Shown here one piece after another: positions 40,037 through 49,253 of a stretch of DNA of 64,000 nt. A model generated the notes under the pieces. That model was given only the letters and a program-made list of their open reading frames with translations, was not told the origin of the DNA and did not search any database. The stretch lies in IMG/VR virus record IMGVR_UViG_3300010355_000588; one strand, given 5' to 3'. Position 1 is the first letter of the stretch; each line of letters opens with the position of its first letter. The translations under genes and the position numbers were made by a program. Source of the DNA: a virus. Lineage: Duplodnaviria > Caudoviricetes.

Positions 40037-40606
40037 TTAGGCACGGCCTGGGCCAGAAGCTTCGCCAAGCGGATCGCCTTTGTCTTCTGGATAGAAGTAC
40101 TGATATTGAATTCCCAATGTGAATGTAGCAACTCCTGTATCTGTATGGCTAAGAGTAATTTCACCAGGAGAAGTTGGCCAAATTCCAACCATGACATAAG
40201 ATTTCGTGATTTTCTCAAGAGTCATGTCGAGAACATCGATATAAGCCTTATATGCTGGGATTTTCTTGTTGCCTCCACCGGATTTCTTGAGGTCAGCAAA
40301 TTCGTCCATCCATTCGTCGACAATGTCACGAATCTTGAGTTCGGCGTCACATACGACCTCAGTCGACCAAGATCCAGAGAAAGTCAAGTTGTTGGGAAGA
40401 TTGAACGTCATTCCGAAGAACTGCAAAGGCGCTGGATTCAGAGTAGCTGCTGGAATTGGACCACCTTGGGCGTGGAAGGTGAAGCGGTTATTGTCGCCGA
40501 ACTTGTCGCTGATAGGCTCGATAGTAATCTGGAAATGATTCTTGAACTGAACCCCGTTTTGGACGAGGTTGTTGTAGAATTCCGAAAGTTTTCTAACATC
40601 TGCCAT
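40037..40606 (-). CDS. gp19: Tail tube protein
   Basis: NHFQI...IPAATL...FFG...LP.NLTF..W...IRD..DEW...GIWPTSPGEI.LS...F....YQY. Confidence 0.9.
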   Translation of the reverse strand: MADVRKLSEFYNNLVQNGVQFKNHFQITIEPISDKFGDNNRFTFHAQGGPIPAATLNPAPLQFFGMTFNLPNNLTFSGSWSTEVVCDAELKIRDIVDEWMDEFADLKKSGGGNKKIPAYKAYIDVLDMTLEKITKSYVMVGIWPTSPGEITLSHTDTGVATFTLGIQYQYFYPEDKGDPLGEASGPGRA

Positions 40607-40638
40607 GGTATTTCTCCAAGTTAATTAGTTGTCAGCAA

Positions 40639-40663
40639 TATTTATAGATTAGATATATTTATG
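40639..40663 (-). promoter_or_regulatory. Late promoter(s) for the tube operon
   Basis: TATAAATA at 40639-40646 and CATAAATA at 40656-40663 on the minus strand. Confidence 0.7.
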
Positions 40664-40677
40664 CGAACTGTCTGAAG

Positions 40678-42280
40678 GCCAAAAGAAAGGGCAGTGGTTC
40701 TAGATCTTGTGTCAAAGTGTAATTATATTCATGCACAAAATAACTAAAGGAAAAGCTAATGGACACTATCAATATCGAAGCATTGAAAGCAACCATAAAT
40801 TCCAAGAGAGACAAATATTCGCCATTATCCATCTTGATTAAAGACAAACACCCAGACGTCTACCAATATCTCTCTTCCATCGATGGAGAATTCTCTGAAA
40901 AGCTATATCTATTGCTTAATGGAGAACGGCCAGTCTGCGAATATTGCGGAGGTCCAGTAAAGTTCAAGAACTTCCTAGATGGATTTGCTAAGACATGTAG
41001 CAAGAAATGCGCTGCCAAGAATCCAAATCGGTCAGAAAAGATCAAGAAAACCAATATGACGAAGTATGGCCAATCTTGCTCATTGCACGATACCACTAAT
41101 AAAGCCAAGACGAAAAGAACTTTAATGAAAAGGTATGGAGTCACTAACGCTTTCCAGATTCCGGCAGTTCAAAATAAGTTAGCTGAAAAAGAATATGCCA
41201 ATTGGTTAAAGATATTCGAAGAGCTGAAATTGAGTCCACTGTTTTCTTTAGAACAATATAGAGAATCTGAAAAAACCAAGCCGTTTGAATTCAAGTGTCT
41301 GGTTTGTGAAGAGATCTTTTCGGCGTATATCTGCAATGGATGGCGTCCGAAATGTCCAAATTGCTTCAAGAAGACAAAGCAATCATCCAACTTCCAGCAA
41401 GAAATCTACTCATATTTAAAGCAACTGTTCAACTACGAGACCAGCATTAGAATAAACGACCGACAGGTTCTGAATCCACTTGAGCTGGATTTCTATCTGT
41501 CAGAATATTCGACAGCCATCGAGTGCGACGGGACTTATTGGCATTCAGATGAGCGAAAGCCAAAAAGCTACCATGTCAAGAAAACAGAAGCATGTCTTGA
41601 AAAAAACATCAAGTTGATTCATATTCTAGAATCTCAGTGGGAAACTAAACAGAAAATAATCAAAGCAAGGCTGAAGCACTCCTTCCAGAAGACCAAATAT
41701 TCTATCTATGGAAGAAAGTGCGAGATCAGACATATCGACAACAAGAAATGCTCAGCTTTCTTGGACAAGTACCATATCCAGGGAAGCGATAAGTCGTCAG
41801 TGAAATATGGAGCGTTTTACAAGAACCGTCTGGTAGCTGTAATGACTTTCTCAAAGGCCCGCTTCGATAAGAAGGCTGAGTGGGAGATGGTTCGCTTTTG
41901 CACCATCGCTCACTTCAATGTTCTAGGCATAGCTGGAAAGTTGCTGAAGCAATTCGAAGTAGATAAAACTCCATCTAGTCTAGTGACTTATGCTGATAGA
42001 TCTTGGTCTGAAGGATCCAGCTATCTAAAGCTTGGATTCAAATTTTCTCATAACTCCTCGCCTAATTACTGGTATTATGGAGTTAGATCGTACAATGGAT
42101 TGAAACTATCTAGAATCCAATGCCAGAAACATAAGCTATCTAAGCTACTGAAGAAGTTCGACCCAACTATGTCTGAATATGAGAACATGAAGGCTAATAG
42201 CTTCTTCCGGGTTTGGGATTGTGGCAATGCTGTATATAAGAAGACATATTGAGAAGAAGCCAAAAGAAAGGGCAGTGGTT
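40678..42280 (+). mobile_element. Free-standing endonuclease insertion bounded by perfect 22-bp direct repeats
   Basis: GCCAAAAGAAAGGGCAGTGGTT at 40678-40699 and 42259-42280. Confidence 0.75.
40759..42252 (+). CDS. Hef-like homing endonuclease (Zn-finger/KYG repeats, Vsr-like nuclease, GNAT/Mom-like C-terminal domain)
   Basis: CxxC motifs, KYG repeats and ELDFYL...AIECDGTYWH, then YHIQG...LVAVMTF...EWEMVRFC...TYADRSWS...WDCG. Confidence 0.8.
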   Translation: MDTINIEALKATINSKRDKYSPLSILIKDKHPDVYQYLSSIDGEFSEKLYLLLNGERPVCEYCGGPVKFKNFLDGFAKTCSKKCAAKNPNRSEKIKKTNMTKYGQSCSLHDTTNKAKTKRTLMKRYGVTNAFQIPAVQNKLAEKEYANWLKIFEELKLSPLFSLEQYRESEKTKPFEFKCLVCEEIFSAYICNGWRPKCPNCFKKTKQSSNFQQEIYSYLKQLFNYETSIRINDRQVLNPLELDFYLSEYSTAIECDGTYWHSDERKPKSYHVKKTEACLEKNIKLIHILESQWETKQKIIKARLKHSFQKTKYSIYGRKCEIRHIDNKKCSAFLDKYHIQGSDKSSVKYGAFYKNRLVAVMTFSKARFDKKAEWEMVRFCTIAHFNVLGIAGKLLKQFEVDKTPSSLVTYADRSWSEGSSYLKLGFKFSHNSSPNYWYYGVRSYNGLKLSRIQCQKHKLSKLLKKFDPTMSEYENMKANSFFRVWDCGNAVYKKTY

Positions 42281-42289
42281 AGCTGCCCT
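42262..42289 (-). terminator. Rho-independent terminator after the sheath gene
   Basis: Minus strand AGGGCAG-CTAACCA-CTGCCCT followed by TTCTTTT. Confidence 0.8.
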
Positions 42290-42290
42290 G

Positions 42291-42314
42291 GTTGGTTAGT
42301 TAGTTAGTTAGTTA
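42291..42314. repeat. (GTTA)n microsatellite
   Basis: gttg gtta gtta gtta gtta gtta, between the sheath stop codon and the terminator. Confidence 0.7.
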
Positions 42315-44588
42315 GATAATTTCGTTAATTATCTCGGAGAAGTTGGCTCCAACGCGAGTCGCGTAGAAATCACAGAGGATGAACTCTGCGCTTCGAACAG
42401 GATTCACAAGGAATGCTGCTCGCATTTCATTGTTTTCAATGACGTCGGGTGGGTTGTTGGTCTGGTCACAAATGATCTGATAGGCATATAGACCACCAGC
42501 ATGTAGAGCATTCTTGAAGATAGGATCAACTGTGTCCTTGAAACGTCTGCGGGTGAACACATTATTGGGCTCATGCACAAAGTAACGTGCTACCTGATAG
42601 ACATAACGCTCCAGGCGCAAGAACAGCCGTCTGACGTTGACCCTGTCGAACGCAGATTTCTTCACCTGGGTCGTTTTCTGTCCCATGGCGACGATGCCTT
42701 CGACTGGATATAGCTTCGCATAGTTGATGCTCTTGATGTAGAGTTGGTCCGTTTCCTTCTGATTTGGAGCGAACGAAATATCCACTGCTGTGTTTATGAC
42801 GCCGCGGGTCAATCCAGCTGGGTCGTTCCAGATCTGGAAGTTTGCGTCGGTATAACAATAGATTCCACCCATCCAAACAGACTGAGGCATCCAGGTTTGC
42901 GCTCCAGAATAATCGTCGATAGCCTTCAACCATGTAGCATAGAGAGCAGCATAGGAGCTATTCAATCCAGTCACATAACGAAGTTTAGGAGCGATCTTAT
43001 TGCTGAAGGTGTTCGTGGGTGCTGTCTTGCGGATGTATTTTTCGTTCTGTTCCAATACGAGGTTTCTAGGAACGTCAAGAATCGCCATACAGTCTTTACG
43101 AATGTCTTGGCAGAACGTGATAAGTTCCTGACAGACTGCGCGCCAATATTGGACGTCGTCTGCCGATGCGATTTCTTTCTTATATTGGCTTGGATCATAC
43201 TTGAGTCCTTCAGTATCAGTGAAGCCGTTCGTGACGGTTTGGCTGACATTCCAGACCTGGTTCGATTCGTCGTAGACATATTGAGGAAGACGGATCAGAG
43301 AATCGAGATCGTCATATCCATCAGCGTCTGCGGTGAACTGAGCGATAGTGGATAGACCAGCGTCAAGAACAATGTCCAGTTGGAGGGAATCGATGTCGCC
43401 GACCTTTTCCAAAATCTTCTTGATCTCAGCTTGCATGCTTTTGCCATTGATGATCTTGACGACATCGGATTCGCTGAAGCCAAAGAACGAATATTCTGAA
43501 ACATCGTTGATAAGAACGACGTCACGGTCAACGCGGGAGATCGCGGGGTTAGTAATCGTGTTGTATTCGTTCTTCGAGGAGACGTTGTAGTTCTGGGGTT
43601 TCGCGTACATGCGGAAATATCCAGAATTCTGATTGACGATGTCTCCGATATATGCAGATTTTCCAGTCGAGTTGTCTTTAGCATATTTGTGGATGCTGCC
43701 AACAAACGATTCGACGACGGAGATCTGATATTTGCCTTGGTTCTGAGGATCTTTGTACGAACGACAAATCATGAGACCGATATGGTTCGAATAATCCTTG
43801 ACGATCGAAGTACCATTTTCTGAGAATTCGATGGTTGGGAAGCGCTTCGCAAGGTCTTCTGAGAGCGAAGAATAACGAAGCTGATTAGAAAGCTTAACGT
43901 AAAGTTCGTCTTCAGACATCGTAGTAATGCTTGTGATGACCTCTGAAACATCAGTATCAGAAGCAGCTGCTGCTAGATATTGGACCTTGATGGCGTCGAC
44001 TGGATCTACTAGAACAGCAATCATGCCTTCTTTAGCAAGTTCGCCAGAGAGGGATGAGTTTTCTGTTCCATTGACCGATTTGGTTTCGTCGACAAGCAAG
44101 AAGTCGTATGACTCGAGATTTTCGTCGAAGATATTGCCGAGCTTGATCAGGTCATATGCTTCGTTCGCGATAGAAATCGCAGAATGATTGATTGCAGAAT
44201 ATTGGCTATAGAAATCAGCAGCGCCAGAAACTTCCTTCTGGAATGTTCCACCCGTGATGGCGCCTGGTTCGCTGATCGTGATTCCATACGCCTTATAGTT
44301 CTTAGCCTGGATGTTGTTGTAGGGAAGTTTGCCAACGACGGGAACCCCGCCATTGTTGATAACTTCTTCGATTGCATAATGGAAATAGCGTTCTGCTTCG
44401 TTCGTTGGTTCGCCAAAGTTGGCGACTTTATCTGAAAGCGAAGAAAGAATGACGGGTTCGGAATCAGGGCCGCGAGAGGCATATCCAAGTACAAGGGCAT
44501 ATGTTCCTTCTAGGGTCTGCGCATATTGTGACAAATCGTGCTCCCTTATCTCTACACCTGGACTCTGAATATTTCTTAACATTTTCAT
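42312..44588 (-). CDS. gp18: Tail sheath protein
   Basis: SPGVEIREHDLS at the N-terminus; PAGLTRG and GQKT...SAFDRVNVRRLFL...EPN at the C-terminus. AGGAG RBS before ATG 44588; AATAAATA at 44622-44629. Confidence 0.95.
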   Translation of the reverse strand: MKMLRNIQSPGVEIREHDLSQYAQTLEGTYALVLGYASRGPDSEPVILSSLSDKVANFGEPTNEAERYFHYAIEEVINNGGVPVVGKLPYNNIQAKNYKAYGITISEPGAITGGTFQKEVSGAADFYSQYSAINHSAISIANEAYDLIKLGNIFDENLESYDFLLVDETKSVNGTENSSLSGELAKEGMIAVLVDPVDAIKVQYLAAAASDTDVSEVITSITTMSEDELYVKLSNQLRYSSLSEDLAKRFPTIEFSENGTSIVKDYSNHIGLMICRSYKDPQNQGKYQISVVESFVGSIHKYAKDNSTGKSAYIGDIVNQNSGYFRMYAKPQNYNVSSKNEYNTITNPAISRVDRDVVLINDVSEYSFFGFSESDVVKIINGKSMQAEIKKILEKVGDIDSLQLDIVLDAGLSTIAQFTADADGYDDLDSLIRLPQYVYDESNQVWNVSQTVTNGFTDTEGLKYDPSQYKKEIASADDVQYWRAVCQELITFCQDIRKDCMAILDVPRNLVLEQNEKYIRKTAPTNTFSNKIAPKLRYVTGLNSSYAALYATWLKAIDDYSGAQTWMPQSVWMGGIYCYTDANFQIWNDPAGLTRGVINTAVDISFAPNQKETDQLYIKSINYAKLYPVEGIVAMGQKTTQVKKSAFDRVNVRRLFLRLERYVYQVARYFVHEPNNVFTRRRFKDTVDPIFKNALHAGGLYAYQIICDQTNNPPDVIENNEMRAAFLVNPVRSAEFILCDFYATRVGANFSEIINEII

Positions 44589-44683
44589 TATAGAAAAACT
44601 CCTAATTTGAGTTGTTAGCATTATTTATTCAAAGCGTATCAAGAAGGATAACAACTCAAAATAAGAAAGTTGCTGTGAATATT

Positions 44684-45556
44684 TTACTTAGAAGAAGCTT
44701 CTAGGAGAGAATAATCGAGTTTTCCATCTGGAGATATCTTCAACAGCAACATTTCTCCTCTGTCTCCTCTGTAGTCTGTCTGGTCGCTGCAGAAGTTTCC
44801 AAGGCTATATGCCGTCAGATGGTCTTTTCCATTTATCTGGAATTTGTCTACGCGCTGGGGCACGTGCGGGTGAGAGCCAATTATGACGTCGAACAAATTG
44901 TTCTCATGTAGATAATTAGCTATTTCTAACTGATCTTTATTTGGCTTATGAGAATATTCTGAACCCCAGTGCATGTAGCATATTTTGAAATCTACTCTAA
45001 GCTCTTCAGCCTTAGCTACGTCGTTAACCACGTCTTCATATGAGAACATATTGACAATTGAAGACAATGGCTGAGGTTTTCTATTCAGGAGCATAGTATA
45101 GTTAGAAATGGATATGCGTCTTCCTTTTCTTTCTACTATCAGTGGGTTGTTTTTTTCCTTGTCCTTGTGGTCTATGAACGCGCCGGTTCTTCCGACCTTC
45201 AGCCAATCCAGGACAGAAACCGTACGTATAAGACCAGATTGGCCACGGTCTAGAATATGGTTGTTGGCGTTTAGAAAAACGTCGAAGCCTTCTTTGCGGT
45301 GTAAATCTATAGCGAATTTGTCAGGAGCTGAAAATTCTGGAAAGCCTCGAAAAGGAGCATCGCCCAACACTGTCTCAAGATTGACGACCTTTAGATCAGC
45401 CTCTGGCGTCTTTGGATATTCGAAGTGCCATCCATTGCCACCCTTTTCAGGCTTCCATGCTTTCCTCAGGGTTTCGTCATGGACCATAGCATCGCCAACA
45501 AACAATATAGTCAGCGGCTCTATCTGTTTTTCTAAAAAGAACCGTTCGAACTTCAT
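44684..45556 (-). CDS. CapA/PGA_cap-family metallophosphatase-fold protein with MKF leader
   Basis: VGD.M, NLET, ANNHILD, HWGSEY, IIGSHPHVPQ and YSLGNF motifs; no signal or transmembrane anchor. Confidence 0.9.
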   Translation of the reverse strand: MKFERFFLEKQIEPLTILFVGDAMVHDETLRKAWKPEKGGNGWHFEYPKTPEADLKVVNLETVLGDAPFRGFPEFSAPDKFAIDLHRKEGFDVFLNANNHILDRGQSGLIRTVSVLDWLKVGRTGAFIDHKDKEKNNPLIVERKGRRISISNYTMLLNRKPQPLSSIVNMFSYEDVVNDVAKAEELRVDFKICYMHWGSEYSHKPNKDQLEIANYLHENNLFDVIIGSHPHVPQRVDKFQINGKDHLTAYSLGNFCSDQTDYRGDRGEMLLLKISPDGKLDYSLLEASSK

Positions 45557-45855
45557 TTAAGCTTATCGCCTAGATATTTGACGTCTACGTTGCTATAGTG
45601 ATTGTCAAATTTTCTGTTGAAAGTCAAAAGTCTATATATGTCTACCATTTTGTCTTCTACCTTCTTAGAGACAGAATGTACAAAGCCAGCCAGGTTGCCT
45701 TCTTTCTTCAAGGTCTGAACTCGTCTGCCACCAATAGCATTGTCGCTTTCGATGGAATAATATCCATCCTTAGGAAAGAGACGGTCGATGGCAGCCTGTT
45801 CTTTTGAACTTATAGAATATTCTAGAATCGTTTGGATTTTTTCTTCGAACTTCAT
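45553..45855 (-). CDS. Putative internal head protein (MKF leader)
   Basis: MKFEEKIQTILE-YS; leader nearly identical to that of 18369..18689. Confidence 0.65.
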   Translation of the reverse strand: MKFEEKIQTILEYSISSKEQAAIDRLFPKDGYYSIESDNAIGGRRVQTLKKEGNLAGFVHSVSKKVEDKMVDIYRLLTFNRKFDNHYSNVDVKYLGDKLK

Positions 45856-45867
45856 AATAGATTTCCT

Positions 45868-47442
45868 TTATTGATGCTTAATTGATTCTTTCCACCACTG
45901 TGGCATCAGCCGTTGATTGTATTTATAGAACCACAACCAGTCACTATCAAGGATATAGGCGTCAGCTTTGTCGGTTTCGGTACGTACTGAACGTCCAGTC
46001 ATCTGCATGAGCGAAATGATGGTGTTTTCGTTATACCATTGTTGTGAGATTTCCATGCGGCGCTTGATCCAACGGTCTCCGAGACATCCAAATGGCAGCT
46101 TACAGACAATGGTGAACCTCGAGAGGTCGTCTTTAAGGTCGATGCCTTCAGTCAGTGAGGGACTGATCAGCACGACGTCCTTGGAAGAAGAGGAAAGAAC
46201 CTTTTCAAGATCCTGTTGGCGAGTAACCCCCTTAGGCATGACTAGACGCTTCTTATATTTGGAAGAAATGTTTTGGATGATATATTGAGCGAACTCATAG
46301 GAGACAGTATGAATGATGCCGCGTTGGCCAACGTGCTTCTCGAGAATTTCTTCGACGGCACGGACGAGCTTCGGAAGGGTCTGCCACTTGTTCTTATAGG
46401 ATAGACTGCCAACCGACTTGATATAGATAGGACGGTTTTCCTTCGGGAAGATGGCAGGTGCCTGGATGAAGATCGTTTCCTTCGGATCGAAGTTCATGTC
46501 CTGACAATAAGTTTCCTTAGAGAGGATGGTAGCTGACATGCTGAGGGTGCGTTCTCCAAAACGAGTGAGATATTTCCTGGCGACCGGACCAGAATAGAGA
46601 AGCTTGAAGGAGATTTTCCGTTCCTTTTCGTCTTGAGTAATGACCGAGGGACGGCCTTCCAAATATTCAGCCTTCAGTTTGTTCAGCTTGTCACAAGCGT
46701 TGAAGAAGTATTTGACCTTCTTGCTTTGTTCAGTCCATCCACGCTCTTTGTGGTCCATGGATTTGAGAATTTCTGCTTCGCGATCGAGCTCGACCTCAAA
46801 GGCCGGCTGCACTTCGTCGAACAACCACTTCAGTTTGGCTTCGTCCTGGTCGTTGGGCTGAGGGAAGTTTTTTATAACATTGAAGTTGATGCCATGCTTG
46901 AGCATTTCTTTCTCGGAAATGACGGACGAACAGACGTCAACCAACATAGCGGAGATGCCATGTGCCTCATCCATAACCAGCAACTTCCTCGGCTGTTGGA
47001 GAGGGGTGAATCCCATGCGAAGGAAAATCGCATAGTTGAGGATTCCGACGGTCGAGTTGATGTAGAGGTCGTCCCGGAATTTCTTGTAGACACACGGACA
47101 GTTTTTCGTGTCTGTTTTTTCGCAAGGGGCATCGTCGCAGTTGAATTCGGGAAAAACAGAGCAAGGATAATTGGACTTGCCTTTGAGTTCAGGAATCTGG
47201 AAGTCCTTGACATATTGCGCCTGGAGCATCTTCTGGCTGGTGAGAATATACGCGGAGTCAAAGTAATTAGCTACCGAAATGCCAATGATGGATTTGCCAA
47301 TTCCAGTAGGGGCAGAAAGAACTACGTGTTTGATTCCAGCTTCATAGGCGCCAATGATTCCTTCAATGATCTCCCGTTGGTGTTTCCTGGGCTTCTCAAA
47401 TGGAAAGATCCTCGCGAAGTCTTCGTTAGTCAGTTTGAACAT
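45868..47442 (-). CDS. DinG/XPD-like SF2 DNA helicase
   Basis: APTGIGKS, a Cys cluster, DEAH, MSAT, EGIDL and QMTGRSVR...D motifs. Confidence 0.9.
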   Translation of the reverse strand: MFKLTNEDFARIFPFEKPRKHQREIIEGIIGAYEAGIKHVVLSAPTGIGKSIIGISVANYFDSAYILTSQKMLQAQYVKDFQIPELKGKSNYPCSVFPEFNCDDAPCEKTDTKNCPCVYKKFRDDLYINSTVGILNYAIFLRMGFTPLQQPRKLLVMDEAHGISAMLVDVCSSVISEKEMLKHGINFNVIKNFPQPNDQDEAKLKWLFDEVQPAFEVELDREAEILKSMDHKERGWTEQSKKVKYFFNACDKLNKLKAEYLEGRPSVITQDEKERKISFKLLYSGPVARKYLTRFGERTLSMSATILSKETYCQDMNFDPKETIFIQAPAIFPKENRPIYIKSVGSLSYKNKWQTLPKLVRAVEEILEKHVGQRGIIHTVSYEFAQYIIQNISSKYKKRLVMPKGVTRQQDLEKVLSSSSKDVVLISPSLTEGIDLKDDLSRFTIVCKLPFGCLGDRWIKRRMEISQQWYNENTIISLMQMTGRSVRTETDKADAYILDSDWLWFYKYNQRLMPQWWKESIKHQ

Positions 47443-47495
47443 GTTCCAATCTCCTTCTATTTGTCCAATATGATCTATAATTTTTCAACAATATT

Positions 47496-47524
47496 AATAT
47501 AACATCTATTAGTAGCTTTGTCAA
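47496..47524 (-). promoter_or_regulatory. Sigma70-type promoter for the DinG-like helicase
   Basis: TTGACA-17 nt-TATATT on the minus strand. Confidence 0.7.
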
Positions 47525-47535
47525 TAGGGCTTTAG

Positions 47536-47760
47536 AATTATTTTCAAATTATTTTCAAATTTTTTCCTCTTTTTTGCCAAACCTCCGCAAAATTGGAAAA
47601 ACTTTGAGTAATAGTGATTAGTATAAGGTTGGACGTTGAATGGAAGTAAGTTGTTTTAAACAGTATTAATAGTTATTAATAGAATTAAGAGCTATTAATA
47701 GTATTAATGCTATTAAAACTATTAATAGCCGGCCCGGCTACTAGGCTCTAGCTACTAGAA
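47536..47760. repeat. AT-rich intergenic repeat array (TATTAAT x7) with a GC palindrome; candidate origin
   Basis: AATTATTTTCA twice; TATTAAT-like units every 9-10 bp from 47664 to 47726; TAGCCGG-C-CCGGCTA; GCTACTAG twice. Confidence 0.55.
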
Positions 47761-47795
47761 CATGCTACCAGCAACTATAAGTAAAATTGTACTAT

Positions 47796-49253
47796 ATGAA
47801 CAACCAAACCAAACGCATAGATTATACCTTATCTGGATCCAGGGTCCGGTTATCCAACATCGACCCGATGCTTCTAGACCAACTCAGACAAGCATATTCC
47901 ACCAAGAACACCAAAAGCAGATACCAGAAGCACGCGTCGGACACAGTCTGTCCAATCTCGGCCCTGGGCTCCTTCAAGATTGGAATGACATATGAGATCT
48001 ACCGATGGCTGAAGAACAACTCGCCTCGGACGCTTGAGCAGCATCTGTCGACAGATCTAAAGAAGAAGCTATTTCCGCTGAAGCCATTTCAATATGACAT
48101 TGAACTGGTCAGATCTGAGACCCACCCATATAGAGACTACCAAGAAGAAGCAATTCTGGAAGCGCTTAGATTAGGCCGAGGAATCGTCAAGCATGCCACC
48201 GGAGCCGGCAAGAGTCTCGAGATGTGGGGCATAGCCATGTCTATATTGAACTCGGTTCCAGACACTCAGATTCTAATTCTAGTACCAAACGTCCAGTTGG
48301 TAGTCCAGATATACGAAGACTTCCTTAGCTACGGCTCCACTGAGGAAGATGTCCAGATGTATTCCTCAAAAAGTACGGCCAATGCCACCTTTCGTCCGGT
48401 CGTAATAACCAATAGACAATGGATGGAGAACCATGCCACCGTCCTGCCACGTTGTTCTGTAGCCATTGTAGACGAAACTCATTTGCTGAGGAAAGGAAAT
48501 GCAGTGTCTAGCTTCATTGACAAGTTGGACACCGATATCAAGTTCGGGTTTACTGGAACCCTGCCGGAAGACCCTGAAGACAAGTGGAACATCGTGGGAA
48601 TAATCGGAGACATCATCCACGAGAGAGATCCCCACGAACTGCAAGAGGCTGGGTGGCTTGCAGATTTAGAAATAGTACCGGTTAGGATGAAGTTCAAAGA
48701 GACCTTCCACCCTGTCTTGGAAGAATATGACGACTTCAAGAAGTGGTACAAGAGGGAATGCGACTGGCTAGAGACGAACGAGCTATTGCTGGCGAAGATA
48801 GCTGAGCTTGTTGGAAAAGTTCCGGGCAACGCCATTCTCATCTTCGACCACATATCACATGGCAAAAGACTTTACGAAGCGATTAGCACTGCTTCAGCAT
48901 CGCGAGTTAGCTACATAGATGGCTCAGTAGATGTTCTAGATAGAGAAGATGTTCGCAGTTTGGCTGAAGATAGCAGTGGCAACATAATAGTCGCCAACGC
49001 AGCCTGCTTTGGAACTGGAATCAACATCAAGAACATCCACAACATCTTCCTCTGCTGCTCTGGAAAGGCAGCCACTAAGATAATTCAGATAATTGGGAGG
49101 GGATTGAGAACCCATGTCTCTAAGAAGAAGCTATATCTATTCGACGTCCATAGCAATCTGAAGTATTCCAAGAGCCACTTCCAAGATAGACTGAAGCTAT
49201 ACGAAAGATTTTATGGAAAGCAGAATCTTCCTATAAGAGAGATTTTACTTTAG
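47796..49253 (+). CDS. uvsW: UvsW-like SF2 helicase
   Basis: YRDYQ, ATGAGKS, LVP..QLV.Q, DETH, GFTGTL, GTGINIKNIHN and QIIGRGLR motifs. Confidence 0.92.
   Translation: MNNQTKRIDYTLSGSRVRLSNIDPMLLDQLRQAYSTKNTKSRYQKHASDTVCPISALGSFKIGMTYEIYRWLKNNSPRTLEQHLSTDLKKKLFPLKPFQYDIELVRSETHPYRDYQEEAILEALRLGRGIVKHATGAGKSLEMWGIAMSILNSVPDTQILILVPNVQLVVQIYEDFLSYGSTEEDVQMYSSKSTANATFRPVVITNRQWMENHATVLPRCSVAIVDETHLLRKGNAVSSFIDKLDTDIKFGFTGTLPEDPEDKWNIVGIIGDIIHERDPHELQEAGWLADLEIVPVRMKFKETFHPVLEEYDDFKKWYKRECDWLETNELLLAKIAELVGKVPGNAILIFDHISHGKRLYEAISTASASRVSYIDGSVDVLDREDVRSLAEDSSGNIIVANAACFGTGINIKNIHNIFLCCSGKAATKIIQIIGRGLRTHVSKKKLYLFDVHSNLKYSKSHFQDRLKLYERFYGKQNLPIREILL

Noticed and set aside
21684-44588. Bacterial contractile injection system (T6SS/eCIS) instead of a phage
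   Set aside because: Terminase, neck proteins, UvsW/UvsY and T4-like late promoters indicate a phage genome.
46633-47502. Long antisense and alternative-frame ORFs (289 aa here; also 42744..43355, 55466..56167, 37578..38156)
   Set aside because: They are shadows of well-supported genes on the opposite strand, with no RBS or recognisable motifs.
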